DNA from: an uncultured Bdellovibrionales bacterium
GTDB lineage: Bacteria; Patescibacteriota; Minisyncoccia; Moranbacterales; UBA1568
Assembly (NCBI GenBank): GCA_964500865.1
Contig: CAZCQJ010000004.1
Span: 21,377-59,024 of the forward strand
Length of the DNA: 37,648 nt
Direction: 5' to 3'
Positions 16,617 to 25,775 of this stretch are shown here, one piece after another. The position numbers and the translations under genes are program-made. Every line of letters starts with the position of its first letter. The first letter of the stretch is position 1. Under the pieces are notes generated by a model that worked only from the letters and a program-made list of their open reading frames with translations, had not been told where the DNA came from and did not search any database.

Positions 16617-17726
16617 TTACTTACCCATGCCCACAATGCCAATAATCACACCCAAAAGCGAGGTAATAGCGGTAAAGATCCAGGCGCGGGCCACAACTTT
16701 GGTTTCGGGCCAACCAAGCGCTTCAAAATGATGATGAATCGGAGCAGCCAAAAAGATCTTCCGCTTAAAAAAGCGTTTCGAAAATAACTGGAGAGCTGCA
16801 CTTCCGCTCTCAAGGCTATAGATAAGCACAATGATAAAAAAGACGAGAACGGAATTTGTGAGGAGCGCTACCACACCGAGAGTCGTTCCGAGTGAAATCG
16901 CACCAGTGTCCCCCATAAAAAAACGTGCTGGGTAGACATTAAACCACAGAAAAGCCAGGAGTGCTCCAGCGACTGCCGCACAAAAACTCGCCAGGTCTAC
17001 CTTGTTATGCATAAAAGCAATAAGAGCAAAAGACGAAAAGGCCATGGTGAGAACCCCTGCGTTCAGACCATCAAGCCCATCGGTTTCGTTCGACGAAATA
17101 GCCGAGAACAACACCACAAAGAGAAAAAGTGGTACGTACCACAGATTGATGGTTACATCCCCCACCGAAGGGATATGGAGACTGTCCCAACCGAGCTTGG
17201 CATAAAACCACCAAGCCCCTACTGCTGCGAGTATAAAAAGCCATCCAAAGCGAGTTGCAAAACGCATGCCTCCACCCTTATTACTCCCAATACCACGAAT
17301 CGTCATGTAGTCATCTGCAAGACCGAGGATACCCGCTGATACCAAAAAGAAAAGAGGGAGCCAAACCTGCTTACGACTCAAAAAATCGAGGCGCGCGATA
17401 AAGTTCGTATCGAGAAGCTCTGCTAAGTATGGAAATGTAAAGTGACCTGAAAGAGCGAGTATAAGGACAGATACCCAAACGATTACACCGCCCATCGAAG
17501 GTGTCCCTGTTTTATTTTTATGTAAAATACCCACCACTGTTGCCACTTGTCCGTCCACAGTTGTTTCTTTTTTCTGACGACTAAACTTGTATTTATAGAG
17601 TATACTCGTCCAGAAAGGCGTTATAGCCATGGCAAGAACAAACGCCAAAAATCCCGTCACAAGTACTTTAAGAATATTTACCACTAAGGGGATATTCTGA
17701 ATATTCGCCAGGGGGACAAGTTCCAT
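16617..17726 (-). CDS. mraY: phospho-N-acetylmuramoyl-pentapeptide transferase MraY
   Basis: Contains KNKTGTPSMGG, LADDY, NETDGLDGL and APIHHHFE. The likely start is MELVPLAN (ATG 17724-17726), just after the upstream stop codon. Confidence 0.92.
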   Translation of the reverse strand: MELVPLANIQNIPLVVNILKVLVTGFLAFVLAMAITPFWTSILYKYKFSRQKKETTVDGQVATVVGILHKNKTGTPSMGGVIVWVSVLILALSGHFTFPYLAELLDTNFIARLDFLSRKQVWLPLFFLVSAGILGLADDYMTIRGIGSNKGGGMRFATRFGWLFILAAVGAWWFYAKLGWDSLHIPSVGDVTINLWYVPLFLFVVLFSAISSNETDGLDGLNAGVLTMAFSSFALIAFMHNKVDLASFCAAVAGALLAFLWFNVYPARFFMGDTGAISLGTTLGVVALLTNSVLVFFIIVLIYSLESGSAALQLFSKRFFKRKIFLAAPIHHHFEALGWPETKVVARAWIFTAITSLLGVIIGIVGMGK

Positions 17727-17736
17727 AATAAAAATT

Positions 17737-18720
17737 TTATAGCCATTTAAAAGCAGTGAAGGCCCAATCAAACACTGTTCGAATATCATCCCAGCGAGTT
17801 GGGTCATTAAGGAGTACAGCAATAACCTTTCGGTCACCATCTTGCCCCACCGAAAGCAATGAGTAACCCGCAAGCGGCGTGAAACCGGTTTTAGCACCAA
17901 ACATTCGACTGTACTGCCCCAAGAGCTGATTCGTATTAAATACCTGGTGTTCGTAGGCACCATCCACAGAAGTAAACGTTGTATTCTGCCTCTGCATAAT
18001 ACTCCAGAGTAACGGATACTTCAATGCTGCCTGCACAATTTGCGCCACATCGTATGCTGACGAGTAACAATTTTCCGCACCAGTGTCTGGCTCTAGGCCG
18101 TTCGGTGTGCAAAAGTGAGTATTCTGGAGACCCATCTCAGCAGCTCGTTTATTCATGAGCCCAACAAAATCATCCGTATTACCGCTAATATGCTTTGCGA
18201 TGAGTACCGCAGCATCGTTAGCGCTATTCATAAGCATGGCCGCAAGCAAATCTTTCAGATATACTTTTTCGCCCGGTACTAATGTTTGGTGCTGACACGA
18301 TCCAGAATTCCCACAACCAATAGTCGTACCGTCTTGATGAATCGACTCTTCGTCTGCTACTACAATGTCATTCAGATTCTTCCCAGATTCCATCAAAAGA
18401 AGCGCCGTCATGATCTTGGTGAGCGAAGCAATCTGACGCTGATCATGTTCGTGAGTGGCATAGAGAACAGATCCGGAAGTCGCGTCCATCACAAAGGCTG
18501 CATGTGCATTTGGCACCGCAAAAGTATCGGTAAACGACCTTACTGGAACAGGCACGGTAGCTGAGGTACGCCTTTCTTCTGGTAAGATGAGCGCTACTGC
18601 CGGAAGCTCGCTCGACTGCTTTTGCCGAGGAAAGAACTTCTCAAAGAGATCTGGTCCCCACTGCCACGCAATTGCACCAGCGAGTACCACAAAAATAAAA
18701 ATACCGTACTGCCTACGCAT
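17737..18720 (-). CDS. serine-type D-Ala-D-Ala carboxypeptidase (peptidase S11, PBP5-like)
   Basis: Contains SLTK (SxxK), SAN (SxN) and KTG motifs, plus an N-terminal signal anchor MRRQYGIFIFVVLAGAIA. The track ORF extends to 18765. Confidence 0.85.
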   Translation of the reverse strand: MRRQYGIFIFVVLAGAIAWQWGPDLFEKFFPRQKQSSELPAVALILPEERRTSATVPVPVRSFTDTFAVPNAHAAFVMDATSGSVLYATHEHDQRQIASLTKIMTALLLMESGKNLNDIVVADEESIHQDGTTIGCGNSGSCQHQTLVPGEKVYLKDLLAAMLMNSANDAAVLIAKHISGNTDDFVGLMNKRAAEMGLQNTHFCTPNGLEPDTGAENCYSSAYDVAQIVQAALKYPLLWSIMQRQNTTFTSVDGAYEHQVFNTNQLLGQYSRMFGAKTGFTPLAGYSLLSVGQDGDRKVIAVLLNDPTRWDDIRTVFDWAFTAFKWL

Positions 18721-19333
18721 GAGGTTCTGTTTCGCTGGTCTTCTCGGTTGCCTCTGGCTGAGCATTTATGTCAGCTGCTTTATCTGCCAATACCAAACGT
18801 TGCAGGCGTTCATCGTGGCGAAGCGATTCATATGCAGGAAGTTCTTCGATACGGCCAATACCCAGCGTTGTTAGAAAGTCGACACTTGGTTCGTAGACAT
18901 ACCCCCTTGCATCGCGCGGATTCCCCGATCGATGCACCAGGCCACGGAGCGAAAGATTACGTAAACTAAAGCTTGAGTTCACTCCACGAATAGCATCAAT
19001 ATCGGCGCGGGCTACCGGCGCCAAATAGGCCACCAGTGCCAAAACCTCGAGCGCCGCCTTACTTAGGGACTCCTGGAGCTCACCTTTTGCAAGGGTTTCG
19101 AGGTACCCAGTATATTCTGGAGCTACCCCGAGGCGCACCAACTTAGTATCCTCGATCAACACGAGTCCGCCACTACGCGTCGCAAGAGTTTCTCGGTAGG
19201 CTACCAAAACCTGCGTAAGTTCTTCATTCGAAAGGTTCAGAATCTTTTTGAGAGATTCTCGTGTCATTGCTTCGCCACTCACAAAAAGCATAGCTTCGAG
19301 CGGAGCGATAAATGCTTGTGTATCAAATGCCAT
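18713..19333 (-). CDS. scpB: segregation and condensation protein B
   Basis: Contains LEAMLFVSGEAMTRESL and a winged-helix repeat pattern. It is adjacent to scpA. Confidence 0.9.
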   Translation of the reverse strand: MAFDTQAFIAPLEAMLFVSGEAMTRESLKKILNLSNEELTQVLVAYRETLATRSGGLVLIEDTKLVRLGVAPEYTGYLETLAKGELQESLSKAALEVLALVAYLAPVARADIDAIRGVNSSFSLRNLSLRGLVHRSGNPRDARGYVYEPSVDFLTTLGIGRIEELPAYESLRHDERLQRLVLADKAADINAQPEATEKTSETEPHA

Positions 19334-19337
19334 ACGG

Positions 19338-20042
19338 TTACACTTTATGAATAGTAATATCGGTAAATAATTCTTGCTGCTCTACCCGGACAAACTTTTG
19401 TTTAATGAGTTCGAGAAGCGCCAGAAAGGAAACTATTACCTCTTCTTTCTCGCCCTTTGCCATCATGTCTCGAAAGAGCATGGTGCCACGCTGAGCGATG
19501 GTATCCTGAACTTCGGCAATACGGCGTTCGAGCGACACGATTTTTCGCAGAGTTTCTTGCGGAAGCACTACTTCTTTTTCAATAGCACCTAAGAACCCGA
19601 GGAGTGTTTCGTGGAGCACTTCTTTGGTAACGTCTTTTGGCGGATAATAGAGGTCGGTCACTCCAAGATAACTCTCTCGCACCCCAATACTCTTTCCAGC
19701 TACCATAACCCCTCGTAAATTTTCAGCTGCCTGCTTGAAGGTTGCGTAGAGCTCTAACTGAAGCTGTAGGTCAACTATTGCTTCTTCCTCGCTTTCGGTA
19801 AATGTCAGAATTGGCAGCAGGGCGCGTGACTTAATAAGAATAAGCTTCGCTGCTACCGCCAAGAAACTCGCCAAGTCCTCGAGCGGGATATCCTGCCGAG
19901 CCTCCATGTACCCCAAATACTGGTCCGCAATACTGGCCAGTGAAATCTCCGTGATAGAGAGCTGTTCTTTCTCGATAAACGAAAGCAGAAGGTCCAGAGG
20001 ACCTTCGAAGGTATCAAGTTGTACGGTATAGGTCTCCTGCAT
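19338..20042 (-). CDS. scpA: segregation and condensation protein A
   Basis: Contains LDTFEGPLDLLLSFIEKEQLSITEISLASIADQYL. ATG at 20040-20042; the track ORF starts at a TTG at 20060. Confidence 0.9.
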   Translation of the reverse strand: MQETYTVQLDTFEGPLDLLLSFIEKEQLSITEISLASIADQYLGYMEARQDIPLEDLASFLAVAAKLILIKSRALLPILTFTESEEEAIVDLQLQLELYATFKQAAENLRGVMVAGKSIGVRESYLGVTDLYYPPKDVTKEVLHETLLGFLGAIEKEVVLPQETLRKIVSLERRIAEVQDTIAQRGTMLFRDMMAKGEKEEVIVSFLALLELIKQKFVRVEQQELFTDITIHKV

Positions 20043-20060
20043 ACTGCCAGTATACCACAA

Positions 20061-21227
20061 CTACCGAGCCTCATCTTGGCCATCATGGATAAATAACGTA
20101 CTCACAAAAGCGACTCCTAATACCCCGGCCGTTGCGTAAAAAATACTCGAAAAAGGCAATATCGCCAGAAGCCCACTTGCCACCCCTGTTGCCACAATAC
20201 TGGCCAGTGGCAGTGAAGTGCGGAACAGCGCAATTACATCCACCTCGTTGGCTCGTACATGCCGGTAGAAATACGTGTCCTTCAGGACCTCGAGCCCAGC
20301 AATCCCAATGCGCGACACAAATAAAAGGAGCGTCCAGACCAAGAAAGAAGACCCGCTAAGAAGAGCCACGCCAATCGTTGTCACTACGCTAATAGTAAGC
20401 GCCAGGAGAAGTACTGTCCGTTCGTTTCGCTTTTTATCTGCCAGGTAACCCAGCGGATATTCAACAAACAAAAATGGAAGAAGCATGATCGTAAACATAG
20501 TCCCAATTTCTGGCCAGGAGAATCCCTGCTCCAAAAGATACAGCGGCATGTAAATAATCATCACCGCGTAAAAGAAGTACAGTGCAAACGAGAGAATGTA
20601 AGCATGCCAGAGCGCTGGTCGAACACGCATTACAGATAGCGCATGCCAAAAAGATACCCGAGGGAGTACCTGCTTTGGAATATCCCGAAATGCCACCAAA
20701 CAAAAGAGGAATAGCAGACAATAAAAAACTAACGTAAGCAGAAAGACACCACTAAAAGAATATTCCTCGAGTACCAAGGTCGAGGCAAGTGGCGCCAGGA
20801 GCACACCAAGATTCATAAGGGTCAAGCCCAGGCCCCGAATCCTTCCAGTTTCACTCTCGCGAGAAAACTCCTCCAAAAGCACATCGAAAAGTGCCCAGAT
20901 AATGAGCGCATTAATAATAAAGAAAAGCAGTACGAATATCGTGCCCACCGACGGTGTTAATACCGTCAAAAGCGTCACCAAAAGTATCGAGGCTACCAGA
21001 AAGAAAAAGAGTGTCTCTGCAATACCAAGACGCTTAACAATAGGCTGCAAGAAAAAGAGTATCCCAAGCGTTACCACATAGACCACACTATAGAAAAAGC
21101 CAATGTTGTCCGAGTGCATCACCTCTGCAAAATACGACGAGGTAATATACACGTAAAAGGTATCGATAAAACCAAAGAGGAGGAGTGCTCCATTCACTAA
21201 GGCAATTTTTTTTTGAATCTTTCTCAT
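20061..21227 (-). CDS. MFS-type transporter
   Basis: 388 aa with about 12 hydrophobic segments and a basic loop (KRLG) after TM2. Confidence 0.7.
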   Translation of the reverse strand: MRKIQKKIALVNGALLLFGFIDTFYVYITSSYFAEVMHSDNIGFFYSVVYVVTLGILFFLQPIVKRLGIAETLFFFLVASILLVTLLTVLTPSVGTIFVLLFFIINALIIWALFDVLLEEFSRESETGRIRGLGLTLMNLGVLLAPLASTLVLEEYSFSGVFLLTLVFYCLLFLFCLVAFRDIPKQVLPRVSFWHALSVMRVRPALWHAYILSFALYFFYAVMIIYMPLYLLEQGFSWPEIGTMFTIMLLPFLFVEYPLGYLADKKRNERTVLLLALTISVVTTIGVALLSGSSFLVWTLLLFVSRIGIAGLEVLKDTYFYRHVRANEVDVIALFRTSLPLASIVATGVASGLLAILPFSSIFYATAGVLGVAFVSTLFIHDGQDEAR

Positions 21228-21256
21228 CTGACCTTTTTGTTTTTTCCCGCTATTTC

Positions 21257-21715
21257 TTATTGTACGCTCCCCGCCTCATACCCACGAGCTACTGCTTCGT
21301 CGGCGCTCGTAAAACAAACGAGATTTTCTGGCTTAATGCGCTTGGCGCTCCCGCTCGTTGGTAAATGGTACTTCGTTGAATTCTTACTCCCCACAAAGGC
21401 ACAGTCTGTTGGGGTACTCGCAACAAGCTCCCCTACGAAGGCCTTCGCTACAGCGCCATCTTTTGAACCACTCAAGGGCTCTATGGCCGGCAGCTCGCCA
21501 TCGCTCTCGGTTGCCACCACTTCAATATGCAGAGCATCATGTTTCTCGATATTCTGCCAGTACCAGCCGCTCAAAAAGCCTATAATCACCAGGAGGGCTC
21601 CTCCCGCAAAATACCCACTCCCCGCCCGCAGGGCCTCGCGTTCCCTTTGGTAAGGGCTTATACTGGCCTCTTTCTGGTTTTCGTGTCTATTTTCAGGAGC
21701 ACTTTTTTGTTTCAT
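21257..21715 (-). CDS. membrane-anchored hypothetical protein with a C-terminal sunset/Ada-N-like motif
   Basis: Has one TM helix (GGALLVIIGFLSGWYW). The C-terminal KYHLPTSGSAKRIKPENLVCFTSADEAVARGYE resembles the (I)YH.PG......N.V.F.S..EA...GY domain. Confidence 0.55.
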   Translation of the reverse strand: MKQKSAPENRHENQKEASISPYQREREALRAGSGYFAGGALLVIIGFLSGWYWQNIEKHDALHIEVVATESDGELPAIEPLSGSKDGAVAKAFVGELVASTPTDCAFVGSKNSTKYHLPTSGSAKRIKPENLVCFTSADEAVARGYEAGSVQ

Positions 21716-21725
21716 AAAACCCGTA

Positions 21726-21753
21726 TTGACAAATCTCTTGTTTTTGCTATACT
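21726..21753 (+). promoter_or_regulatory. sigma70-like promoter for rpmA (TTGACA-16 nt-TATACT)
   Basis: TTGACA at 21726-21731 and TATACT at 21748-21753. Confidence 0.55.
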
Positions 21754-21810
21754 TTTTCAGTATACATTTTCTTCCAGAAAATGCTATTTTTTCTTAAGAA
21801 GTAAAGCACT

Positions 21811-22092
21811 ATGGCACACAGAAAAGCCGGTGGGTCTACCAGACTCGGTCGCGATTCCATCTCAAAACGCCTGGGAGTCAAGATCTACGGTAATCAAAAG
21901 GTTGAAGCAGGCAACATTATCATTCGTCAGCGTGGTACCAAATATCACCCAGGAACCAACGTTCGTCGCGGTGAAGACGATACCCTCTACTCTGTTATCG
22001 ACGGTATTGTCCGTTTCCACAGCAAGAAGGTCCGCAGTTTCACTGGCAAACTCGTTTCTCGTATGTTTGTTCATGTAGACAGCAAAGCGTAA
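21811..22092 (+). CDS. rpmA: 50S ribosomal protein L27
   Basis: [24 protein letters not shown]... is the canonical L27 N-terminus. Confidence 0.95.
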   Translation: MAHRKAGGSTRLGRDSISKRLGVKIYGNQKVEAGNIIIRQRGTKYHPGTNVRRGEDDTLYSVIDGIVRFHSKKVRSFTGKLVSRMFVHVDSKA

Positions 22093-22104
22093 AGCTTTCT
22101 CTTT

Positions 22105-22141
22105 AAAAAAATCCCTAAGGGTTTCCCTCGGGGATTTTTTT
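22105..22141 (+). terminator. rho-independent terminator after rpmA
   Basis: AAAAAATCCC...GGGGATTTTTTT hairpin with a T-tract. Confidence 0.7.
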
Positions 22142-22315
22142 GTTGATAGATCCACTACTGAAATGCTTGAGCCACATGCGGATTTGTCCTTACGTGAGTG
22201 ACTCATGCTTTTGTTTCATGGTTACTTTGGCTAGCCCTACTGCTCCTCGTGGTAGTCCTTGATGACCAACCACCGTACAGGCGCTGATGCCAACGAGTAA
22301 CCGCGTAAAGAAAAA

Positions 22316-22356
22316 CCCTCAGCGAGCCATCGTGCTCCTGGGGGTCTTCTTTTTTT
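22316..22356. terminator. bidirectional terminator-like hairpin downstream of the S41 protease gene
   Basis: Outer stem CCCTCA...TGGGGG plus inner GAGC/GCTC pairs. TCTTCTTTTTTT follows on the plus strand and GGGTTTTTCTTT follows on the minus strand. Confidence 0.5.
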
Positions 22357-22374
22357 ATACTCTTTTGTACTGCC

Positions 22375-23691
22375 CTACTTCTCCAGGCTCTTTAGTACCT
22401 CGACTGCTTTGTCGTACTGCGGATCACGTTTGGCGTTAAAGTCATCCCTCGTAAGGCCTACTTTTTCGTCTGGGGAAATTCCAACCTTGTTAATCTGATT
22501 TCCCTTTGGCGTCAGCCAGCGGGCCACCGTAATCTTTACCGAAGTATCTTTCGAAACCGGGATAAGCTCCTGGACCGAACCTTTTCCGAACGAAGTCTCA
22601 CCCACAATGCGTACGTTATCTTTATTTTCACGCAGGGCACCAGCCAGGATTTCCGAAGCACTGGCGCTCCCCTGGTTAATCAGGATAATAATAGGTGACT
22701 TGATAGCGAGGTCATGAGCCTCTGATTTGAGCTGAATACGATTTGCCTGAGCGTCTTCTTCTTGCACTACCACCGTACCAGCCGGCAGAAAATAGCTCGC
22801 CAGGTCTACCGCTTCCGTCAGGAGTCCTCCAGGATTATTACGAAGATCGAGAATAATTCCCTTAGTACTAGTATCAGCAGCTACTTTTTGAATAGCCTCC
22901 TCAAACTCTTTTCCTGTGTCTTCACCAAAACGACTCACGCGGAGGAGCTGAATACCGTCACCCTTACTTTCCAAGCGAACACTCTTTACCAAAATAGTGC
23001 CACGGCGTACGGTAATGTCGTGAGTTGTCTCCTCACCCTCTGAGTACAGCGTTAAGGTAACATTAGTATCCTTTGGACCACGAATCTTATCGACTGCCTG
23101 CTCGAGCGTAAGCGCTTCGGTAGATTCTCCATTTACTTTAAGTACCCTATCGCCAGCGCGTACGCCAGCAGCCTCAGCCGGCATACCTTCGAGTGGTGCC
23201 ACAATAGTAATCATGCCATCACGTAGTGCCATTTCGGCCCCAATCCCCTCGAATACGCCCTGTATATCTTCCTGAAAAGATTTTTGTTCTTGTGGGGTAA
23301 AGAAAGTAGTGTATGGGTCGCCACTGGCCTCGAGCATACCTTTAATGGCGCCGTAAAAAAGCTTCTGGGCATCGAGATTCTCGTGGTCAACATATTTTTG
23401 GCCCAGCAAGTCCCAGACTTTCCAAAAAAGTGAGAAGTCAATACGTTTGCCAGCGTCCGTCCCTGAAAAGTTTACTTCTCGCGGATTCAGAATATCCCCA
23501 CTTCCGTTACCACTCTTTTCTGAAGCATGTTTTTCGTACAGGTACCCCCCACTAAAACCAATGATTAAAATAATAAGGGCTGATAAAAACTGACTCTTCT
23601 GCGGAAACGCACGAGTCATTCTATTTGTTACCTGACCATCAATACCAGATTCAAGTGCTTCTTGTTTTTGTTCGTGTGTTTCTTCAGACAT
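22375..23691 (-). CDS. S41-family carboxyl-terminal processing protease with a PDZ domain
   Basis: Has an N-terminal TM helix, a PDZ domain (GDRVLKVNGES) and the catalytic region LINQGSASASEILAGAL. Confidence 0.9.
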   Translation of the reverse strand: MSEETHEQKQEALESGIDGQVTNRMTRAFPQKSQFLSALIILIIGFSGGYLYEKHASEKSGNGSGDILNPREVNFSGTDAGKRIDFSLFWKVWDLLGQKYVDHENLDAQKLFYGAIKGMLEASGDPYTTFFTPQEQKSFQEDIQGVFEGIGAEMALRDGMITIVAPLEGMPAEAAGVRAGDRVLKVNGESTEALTLEQAVDKIRGPKDTNVTLTLYSEGEETTHDITVRRGTILVKSVRLESKGDGIQLLRVSRFGEDTGKEFEEAIQKVAADTSTKGIILDLRNNPGGLLTEAVDLASYFLPAGTVVVQEEDAQANRIQLKSEAHDLAIKSPIIILINQGSASASEILAGALRENKDNVRIVGETSFGKGSVQELIPVSKDTSVKITVARWLTPKGNQINKVGISPDEKVGLTRDDFNAKRDPQYDKAVEVLKSLEK

Positions 23692-23694
23692 GAC

Positions 23695-24540
23695 TTATAT
23701 ATTTCGTGGATTTTTTTTATGACGGTACTTCCAAAAATACTTTACCGCACTCTCTATATGGTACCACGTTAGCCTGTTCGATAGCAGTGCTCGAATCACG
23801 CCTCCACGAGCACTCCCCTTAGCATGATAATGATATATAGTAACTTCCGGATAATACACTACCGAAAGTCCTACCTCCCAAAAACGTCGACACCAATCGA
23901 CGTCCTCCATATACATAAAGAAGTGTTCGTCCATGAGACCTACTTTTTCGAGTGCCCTGTCGCGTTCCACAAACAAAGCGGAGCCCATTACCCAATCAAC
24001 TTCAGTTGGCTTCGTGAATGATTCTGAATCTAGCGTAAACCAGGCAATATGTTTTTTACCCCACGGAGTTTTTCCTAAAAATGTGCGTCTGTACACAATG
24101 GTCATCGGATGATAAAAACGAAAAGCGGATTTTTGTGGCGAACCATTAAAATGCAGCTGACGTGGAGAAACTATTCCTACCGAAGGATTCTCACAGAGAA
24201 AGTCTCTGAGTACCTCAATGACTCCCTCTGTTAGGAGTACATCGCTATTAATTGCTAGCACGTATTTCCCTCTTGCCTCTAGAAGCGAGGTATTGAATAA
24301 GTGCTTAAAGCCAACATTCTCGGTAAACGGAAAAAAGCGCACTTCCGGAAACTCCTGCGCCATCAAAATCCGCGTGTCATCTTCGGTTGCCGAGTCACAT
24401 ACCAATACCTCGTAGTCGAGGGTTGACGTGACCATTGCCTTTTGAATTGACTGCAAACACTGCCGGAGTAATCCCGGGTTCTTGTAGCCATTAATTGCTA
24501 TGGTTACCTCTTTTGAAACAGGTTGGTGAGCGTGAATCAC
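23695..24540 (-). CDS. glycosyltransferase family 2
   Basis: GT-A fold with DSATEDD, an acidic motif MEDVDW, and rhamnosyltransferase-like length (281 aa). Confidence 0.8.
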   Translation of the reverse strand: MIHAHQPVSKEVTIAINGYKNPGLLRQCLQSIQKAMVTSTLDYEVLVCDSATEDDTRILMAQEFPEVRFFPFTENVGFKHLFNTSLLEARGKYVLAINSDVLLTEGVIEVLRDFLCENPSVGIVSPRQLHFNGSPQKSAFRFYHPMTIVYRRTFLGKTPWGKKHIAWFTLDSESFTKPTEVDWVMGSALFVERDRALEKVGLMDEHFFMYMEDVDWCRRFWEVGLSVVYYPEVTIYHYHAKGSARGGVIRALLSNRLTWYHIESAVKYFWKYRHKKNPRNI

Positions 24541-24548
24541 AAGAAATA

Positions 24549-25757
24549 CTATTGAAGCGAATTACGGAAGAGCTCTTGAATTTTCTGGTAGTTGTCTCCT
24601 ACTGGCAACAATATATATCCATGTTCTTTGGTAACCTCAGGAGCATACAACAGACTCCTTGGGCCATCGGCGTCGAGCACCTCGTTCTTTGGCTTTACGT
24701 CACCTGTCTCTCTGTACAGATCATAAAAACGCTTCATCTCCCATCCCTGAAGATTCATCTCCACATTGTCTCCGAGCGTCTGAAGAAGCGCATTAATACG
24801 GCCAAAGTCAGAGACCGTACCAACCGAAAGCGCCTTGTTCTTTATCGATTCAATTACCTGCTGCTGACGCTTCGCGCGCTCAAAATCGTTCGTCTGGTAA
24901 CGGGCACGAGCATAACAAAGAGCCTTGTCACCATCGAGTTTATTTACCCCTGCAGGAAGGGAAAATTCACCTCCACATTCAACGTTCTTGTTGTAACAGA
25001 GCGGATAGGACTTTGCAATATAGCGAGTACCGTTTTTCCGGGTATAGTATTTGTGCTCGTACTGAACAGGATTTGTTGGGACGGTGAACACATACGAATC
25101 ACATACCTGCGGCTCCTGAAACTGCACTCCTTCCGTAAACGGCTCTTCGAGGGTGACCTCTACTCCGTCAAGTGCGTTTACAAGATCTTTAAACCCCTGA
25201 AAGTTAATTTTCACAGCGTATGGGATCTTCTGTCCGGTAATCTCTCCAACCACCGTCTGCATAGCTTCCATTCCACTGCCCTTTCCCTTTTCTTCTCCAA
25301 GAGCATGCACCGCGTTAATCTTACGCTGCTCATTAGTGCCTGGCACTGTTACATACAAATCTCGTGGAATAGAAATGATCGAAGCTTTTGCAGTGTCTTG
25401 ATCGTTTTGTTTCGGATGGAGCGATACTACCATGATGGTATCAGCGAGCGTTCCCCCATTTGGATCATCAGCTCCACGCATACCCAAGAGCAAGATATTA
25501 ATACGGCCCTCATCCTCCCCCTCAAGTTTACTCCCTACTCCGGGAAGCGAACGCACGAGGCTCGATAAAATATTTGCATTTCCACCAGTAATCTTATGGA
25601 GAACATATCCTGTCTTCACAGCAAAAAAACCTCCAAAAAGAAGAAAAAAAACACCGAGGCCGATAAGGATCTTTCCCCAACGCTTTTTATACCAGCGGTC
25701 CACACTCTCGTGTTTTTGAAGGGTCCTGTGTACTACTTTTCGATCAAATTTTTGCAT
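24549..25757 (-). CDS. LytR-CpsA-Psr (LCP) family glycopolymer transferase
   Basis: Has an N-terminal TM helix, then INILLLGMRG...ADTIMVVSL...SIPRDLYV. Confidence 0.88.
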   Translation of the reverse strand: MQKFDRKVVHRTLQKHESVDRWYKKRWGKILIGLGVFFLLFGGFFAVKTGYVLHKITGGNANILSSLVRSLPGVGSKLEGEDEGRINILLLGMRGADDPNGGTLADTIMVVSLHPKQNDQDTAKASIISIPRDLYVTVPGTNEQRKINAVHALGEEKGKGSGMEAMQTVVGEITGQKIPYAVKINFQGFKDLVNALDGVEVTLEEPFTEGVQFQEPQVCDSYVFTVPTNPVQYEHKYYTRKNGTRYIAKSYPLCYNKNVECGGEFSLPAGVNKLDGDKALCYARARYQTNDFERAKRQQQVIESIKNKALSVGTVSDFGRINALLQTLGDNVEMNLQGWEMKRFYDLYRETGDVKPKNEVLDADGPRSLLYAPEVTKEHGYILLPVGDNYQKIQELFRNSLQ

Positions 25758-25775
25758 AAAAATACTCTTCTTGCC

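Noticed and set aside
21862-22206. 114-aa minus-strand ORF.
   Set aside because: It runs antisense through rpmA and through the rpmA terminator hairpin, so it is spurious.
24495-25568. 357-aa plus-strand ORF, the longest unexplained ORF in the track.
   Set aside because: It lies entirely antisense to the well-supported LCP gene (24549..25757). Its translation is rich in Leu, Ser and Arg, which is typical of a shadow frame, and it has no SD.
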